Positions 54,930 through 60,000 of a stretch of 60,000 nucleotides of DNA are shown here, in pieces (position 1 is the first letter of the stretch; each line of letters opens with the position of its first letter). Both the position numbers and the translations under genes were made by a program. Origin of the DNA: Malacoraja senta (Eukaryota); contig CM075989.1 in the NCBI GenBank assembly GCA_038087875.1, forward strand, positions 12,650,001-12,710,000, given 5' to 3'. The notes under the pieces are model-generated. The model saw only the letters and a list, made by a program, of their open reading frames with translations, was not told the DNA's origin and did no database searches.

Positions 54930-55600
54930 CCTGTCCTATCTCTGCACGTTTACACTTCCATACCACCGACCGCATCCTTTCCGAATCTCCCATTCATCTC
55001 CGACTAGTTTCAATGTCCTCCTGATTAATTTTACTGTTTGTATGCCTCGTTGTCAACTTCCCTCAGCCAACAATGAACCATTCTACATTTCCTTGATCAC
55101 CGTCTGCTTTGATCTGTCGTTTTCGCACCTAAAAGCCCTGTCCCACGGTACGGGTTCATTCCAAGAGTTCTCCCGAGTTTGCCCTGATTCTAACTCTGAG
55201 ATTTACGGTAATGGCCACTCGTCGGTACTCGGGGCTCTCGTGGACATTTTTCATCATGTTGAAAAATCTTCACGAGTCTTCCCGTGCTTACCTGCCGTTA
55301 GCGAGTCTTCCCGAGTACCTGCCGTTAGCGCTAAGAGACGTCCCCGAGCTCCGACTTACCCGCTACGTTCATTCTCCGTGCTTACCACGAGTTTGATTTT
55401 TTTTAAACTCGGGAGAGCTCTTGGAATGAACTCGCACCGTGGGACAGGGCTATTACATTCTCTCTGTACCCTTCCATTTATTAGTTCCTCTTGCCCCCGA
55501 CTCTGTCTGAAGAAGGGTCTCCACCCGAAACCTCACCTAATCCTTCTCTCCAGAGATGCTATCTGTCCCGATGAGTTACTCCAACATTTAGTGTCCACCG
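54930..55600 (+). mobile_element. Penelope-type pLTR/3' region with hammerhead motif (55505-55537), interrupted by a MITE
   Basis: Reverse complement of the 39606-39900 pLTR; gtCTGAAGAagggtctccacccGAAAcctcacc. Confidence 0.7.
55133..55452. mobile_element. PIF/Harbinger-like MITE with about 47-bp TIRs
   Basis: agccctgtcccacggtacgggttcattccaagagttctcccgagttt ... aaactcgggagagctcttggaatgaactcgcaccgtgggacagggct; flanked by TAA and TTA. Confidence 0.75.
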
Positions 55601-57264
55601 TTCATTGAAGTTTTGTCACTGAGGTCATGTGCGAAACTGTCACAGTTGTAAATCCGATCAGATGGAGACCACAGCAGTATAAAAAGTCTATTCAGCCCCT
55701 CTTAACCTGTGTCCAATGAGCCACATCTAATTGACGTCTATCGTGGTTTGACTTAGATAATTATTTATTGCTCATTGGAACCTACTGATGAAGAGAAAAG
55801 CAATTTGCGTTGAAGGATAAGATCTCAATGCTGTAACCTCTTCATAGGTTTTAATGACAATTGCCTGAGTTGAATGGATAACTTTAATGGATTTTAAATT
55901 AATTTAACAACCTCTTGTTGTGATCAATAGCATTGAAATTATAATGAAACTGCCAGTATTCACTGTATATTGATATTTGATAAAAACATGCCCTTGAATC
56001 ACAGAGTTTCGGGTCTAAGTGTGCTCCAACACCAGAACCTGTGTTGCACCAACAATTAATCTAAAGGTTTGCTATTGAAACGCGAGTAAACTCATCAAAA
56101 GTAAGTTATTCAAATATCTGCTCTCTGGTATTCAAGCAGATTTTGCACCTGCAGCTTAATTTTAATATGTTGGAAATTTGTATAATTATAATAATTTTTT
56201 AAAATCCTACTCTTCCTATCTCCATTATCTCTTAATCCAATCTTTTTACTTCTCTTTACGTTTAATCCTTAATTGTAAATGAAATGGCCTATAATGCTAA
56301 TTCATAAACAGTCATAGATTTGTACTGCATAGAAAAGGGCCCTTTAGCCCATCATGGCCATGCTAACTTTTTAATCCATCTACACCAACTCCCATTTGCC
56401 TGCATTACATAGGGGCAAGTAGAGGAAGCGGGGAGTCTGCAGAAGGACCTGGACAGGTTGGGAGAGTGTGCAAAGAAGTGGAAGATGGAATGCCGAGTAG
56501 CAAGTGTGTGTTCATGCACTTTGGTAGTAGGTATAAGGGCATAGACTATTTTCTAAATGGGGATAGGATTAAATATTAGGAGGTGCAAAGGGACTTGGGA
56601 GTACTGGTGCAGGATTCCCAAAAGGTTAATTGCAAGTTGGATCAGTAGTAAAGAAGGCAAATAAATGTTAGCATTCATTTTGAGAGGACTGTGCGGGTGG
56701 CATATAACTTAAAAGCATAATAAACGGTGAGGGTGGAGTTACACCAAGTCTACAGACATGTTGATGGAGGGCAATGAAATTTGACAAAAAAATATGCAGC
56801 GATAGACTTTGGGAGGAAGAACAGCCAAATATTCGAAAGACTGCAACTCAAAAGAGGATGCAGGAACAGGGTATATTTGAGCGAAATGTATTTTGAGGCA
56901 GGATAGGTTGACAAAGTTATTTCAAAAACATATAGGCTCCTTGGATTCATACGTATGTGCACAGATACAAGCGCAAGAAGAACTTTTATAAAACCCTGCT
57001 AAGGCTAAAGGCTGCATTTGGACTGTTGTGCCTAATACTGTTTACCACACTTTAGGAAGGACTAGACTAAGTGCGACCCCTTGTGTCCCAGTCACATGGG
57101 AGGCCTGGTCCCCCAATGCAACCCATTCCCCAACGCAATTATTCCACCACTCACCCGTTCTCCCAATGCAATATTCCACCACTCACCCATAGCCCCTAAC
57201 TGCACAGGCGCGGCTCATTTCCCCTCATCCCCGAGCACTCCTCCCCCTCCTCTTCATGTTTGGC

Positions 57265-57585
57265 AGGGGATGAGGGAGAGGGGGAGGGAAGTGGGGTGTG
57301 TGGCGGGGGGGCGTGTTTATGTGGGCGGGAGGGGTGTGGGGAGGGGGGGACGAGGGATGTGGGAAGGGGGTGTGTGTAGGGTATGTGTGTGTGGGGGGGG
57401 GGTGTGAGCGGGAGGAGGGGTGTGGGGGTGTATGGGGGAAGGGGGGTGTGGAGCGGGCGGGGTTGTGGGAGCGGGGGGGTTGTGGGGCGGGGAGAGGGGT
57501 GTGGGGTGTGGGGGGGGTGTGGGCTGCAGTGGGTGGGCGGCGGGGTGTGGGAGGGGGGTGGATGTGTGGGGGCGGGGTGGGAGTG
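57265..57585 (+). repeat. G/T-rich low-complexity tract with G-quadruplex potential
   Basis: Dozens of G3-G9 runs. Confidence 0.85.
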
Positions 57586-57797
57586 TGTTTTAAGATTTTT
57601 AAACCTCGCTAACTTTTACGACATTAAACCGATCGGAACGAAATTTGTTGCACTCGCAGCACAGGAGAACGGTGAGTGAACTGGTAAAATATCGTAGCAC
57701 TATCGCGCACCGTTTTTGCGCAAATAGAAAGACCGCCAAACCGGAAGATAACAAGAAGATAGATAGATAGATGGATGGATGGACGGACGGACGGACG

Positions 57798-58900
57798 AAT
57801 AATAATAATAATAATAATAATAGATTTTATTTATATAGTGCTTTTCAGGACTCAAAGTCGCTTTACATTGAGAGTCAGGAATAAACAAAACAAAATAGAG
57901 CAGTAAGACAAAGGGGAGGGGAACATGGGACTAAGGGTATGCAGAGGTGAAGAGATGGGTCTTGAGGCGAGACTGGAAGATGGTGAGGGACTCAGAATTT
58001 CGGACCGATTGTGGGAGGGAATTCCAGAGCCTGGGAGCGGCCCTGGAGAAGGCTCTGCCTCCAAAAGTGCAGAGGTTTGCTTTCGGAGTGGAGAGGAGAC
58101 CAGCTGATGTGGATCTGGAGGGACCGTGAGGGTTGGTAGGGGGAGAGGAGGTCAATGAGATAAGGGGGGGCCAGGTTGTTGAGGGCTTTGTAGGTGAGAC
58201 CAGGATTTTGTAGGTGATCCGGTGGGAAATGGGAAGACAGTGAAGTTCTTTGAGAACTGGGGTGATGTGGTGCCACGATTTGGTGTGGGTAATGAGTCGA
58301 GCCAGTTGGAGTCGGTTGATGCTGCTGGAATTGATTCCGAAAAGAAGAGAGTTACAGTAGTCCAGTCGGGAGGAGATGAAGGCATGGATGAGTCTTTCAG
58401 CAGCGGGGGGTGTGAGAGAGGATCTGATTTTTACAATGTTGCGGAGGTGAAAAAATGATGTTTTGACAACATGGCGGATGTGAGGCTCAAGGGAGAGGGT
58501 TGAATCAAAGATCACGCCAAGGTTGCGGGCCTGAGGAGATGGGGAGACAGTGGTGCCGTCAATAGTGAGAGTGGGGGTTGTTAATTTTAGTGAGTGTTGA
58601 TTTGGAGCCAATGAGGAGAAATTCTGTTTTGCTACTGTTTAATTTAAGGAAGTTGAGTTGCATCCAAGATTTGATGGCTGATAGGCAGGAGTTGATATGG
58701 GAGAGAGGGGGGTGGTGGGGGGACTTGGTGCTGAGATAGATCTGGGTGTCATCAGCATAGCAGTGGCAGTCCAGGTTGAAGTGACAGAGTATATGACCAA
58801 GGGGGAGGATGTAGATGATGAAGAGGAGGGGACCAAGAACGGAGCCTTGGGGAACGCCTTGAGTGACAGTGGCTGTGGCAGAGGTGTGGTTATGGAGAGA
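57798..58900 (-). mobile_element. 5'-truncated L2 LINE
   Basis: GVPQGSVLGP and YADDTQIY; ORF 57931..58611 ARNLGVIFDS, LIHAFISSRLDYCN, APRLWNSLP, LKTHLF; L2-type 3' end tgtaaagcgactttgag...tatataaat and (ATT)n tail. Confidence 0.9.
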
Positions 58901-59049
58901 GATAGATAGATAGATAGATGTGAAGTTCTTTGAGGTGATGGAAAATGGTGAATTTCTGCTGCGTGGTAAAACTGGACAAACGTGCGAGGATTTGTGTAGA
59001 AAAAGCGTCTCATATTCCGCTTGGGCAGCTTACTTAAGCCCCCTCCTCT

Positions 59050-59462
59050 TCTTCCCCCAGGCATGGCCCCTTCCCACCCCATCCCCCGTGCCTAAAGTGG
59101 ATGCTCCTATTTCTCCACTAACCCCAACCTTTTCACCTATATTCCTTTCTCTAGCGTCACAATCTACAACTCTTCAATCCTTTGTTTCACATCTTCTGAT
59201 GTGGCCTTTGTCCAACTATCTGCCTATCTAAAACCCTCCAACGTACTACCTGCCAGGCTTTGTCCTGCCTCTCCCCTCTTCCAGCTGCTTCCACCCCTCC
59301 CAGACCCCCCTCCCCAATCCCCAACCCCCAAACTACAATAAGCCTGAAGAAGAGTCCTGACTGAAAATGTCACCTGTCCATGATCACCAGAGATGCTGCC
59401 TGATCTGCCGAGTTATTCTAGCTCTTTGTGTCTTTATTGTAAAGCAGCATCTGCAGTTCTGT
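59050..59462 (+). mobile_element. Penelope-type pLTR remnant with degenerate hammerhead motif (59344-59374)
   Basis: cCTGAAGAagagtcctgactGAAAatGTCacc followed by agagatgctgcctga...gagttattctagc. Confidence 0.6.
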
Positions 59463-59582
59463 TTATATCTGATCATTTTGCTCAGCAAAACCTGTATGTT
59501 TATATATATTAAATAATTTCAGTTTGTTCATGAATATACTATTTTTCTGCAGAGAATGCGAAAGAATTACCACAAGTAATTT

Positions 59583-59727
59583 ATAATAATAAACTGCAGA
59601 TGCTGGAAAAATCTAAGGCAGATAAAAGTGCTGGAGAACTCTGCGGGTGAGGCAGCAGCTATGGAGCTATTCCTTCGCTCCATAGATACTGCCTCACCCG
59701 GCTGAATTTGTCCAGCATTTTTATCTA
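59583..59727. mobile_element. 145-bp palindromic pLTR-derived mini-element with 14-bp TSD
   Basis: TSD accacaagtaattt at 59569-59582 / 59728-59741; inverted arms at about 59620-59667 and 59677-59726. Confidence 0.75.
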
Positions 59728-60000
59728 ACCACAAGTAATTTGTTCTAATTTCTGATGACCCTCATTTTCCATAATCTCAAACGGACATCTGGAAAAACCT
59801 TTAATGAAACAAGTGATTGTGATAGGGAATTCAGTAACAAAAGGGGTAACAAAAGCAGATCAAATAATGGCTTTCAAAGAGGAAGTGGGCAGGAATTTGA
59901 CAGAAAACATTGACAGCCCTGCAGAACTGATGCGGGCCTGCAGAGGGCGCTGTCAGTTAGTCAGGCGCATCAGAGTAAATACAAGGTACACAAAATGCTG

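Larger units (their letters stand above)
57062..58918 (-). mobile_element. Non-autonomous Helitron-like element containing a G-rich tract and an L2 insertion
   Basis: Minus strand: A|TC(TATC)n 5' end; degenerate hairpin gggacac-aag-gggtcgc, 7 nt, CTAG|T 3' end; no TSD; removal restores CR1 sequence ttaggaagga|tgtgaag. Confidence 0.7.

Noticed and set aside
54691..55608. 305-aa plus-strand ORF
   Set aside because: It spans a pLTR remnant and a nested MITE, so it is a chance open frame with no domain.
57081..57679. Gly/Val/Cys-rich ORFs
   Set aside because: Artifacts of the G-rich low-complexity tract.

Overview
This is vertebrate genomic DNA, and the repeat content (CR1, V-SINE, Penelope-like elements) suggests a cartilaginous fish such as a skate, ray or shark. 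It is not prokaryotic. Two genes lie tail-to-tail. MEGF11 (+ strand) contributes eight identifiable 3' coding exons (1865-26514): three EGF-like exons, the transmembrane exon and the cytoplasmic tail, with a GC-AG last intron. RAB11A (- strand) is complete, with five coding exons (53921->34468, 651 bp, 216 aa) and a CpG/GC-box promoter at about 54.0-54.5 kb. Most of the rest is transposon-derived: L1-like LINEs with target-site duplications (TSDs), CR1, L2, Rex1/Babar, a full-length IR/DR Tc1 just downstream of the MEGF11 stop, Tigger- and Harbinger-like MITEs, and SINEs. The most notable observations are: many GIY-YIG Penelope-like elements carrying minimal hammerhead-ribozyme motifs, including tiny palindromic derivatives; a CR1<-Helitron<-L2 nested insertion; a retroelement insertion that duplicated the RAB11A exon-4 splice donor; and a CpG-rich Tigger-like MITE carrying a CLEAR/ETS/CRE cluster in RAB11A intron 2. 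No CRISPR array, rRNA or tRNA gene was seen. All family assignments come from motif recognition, not from database searches.
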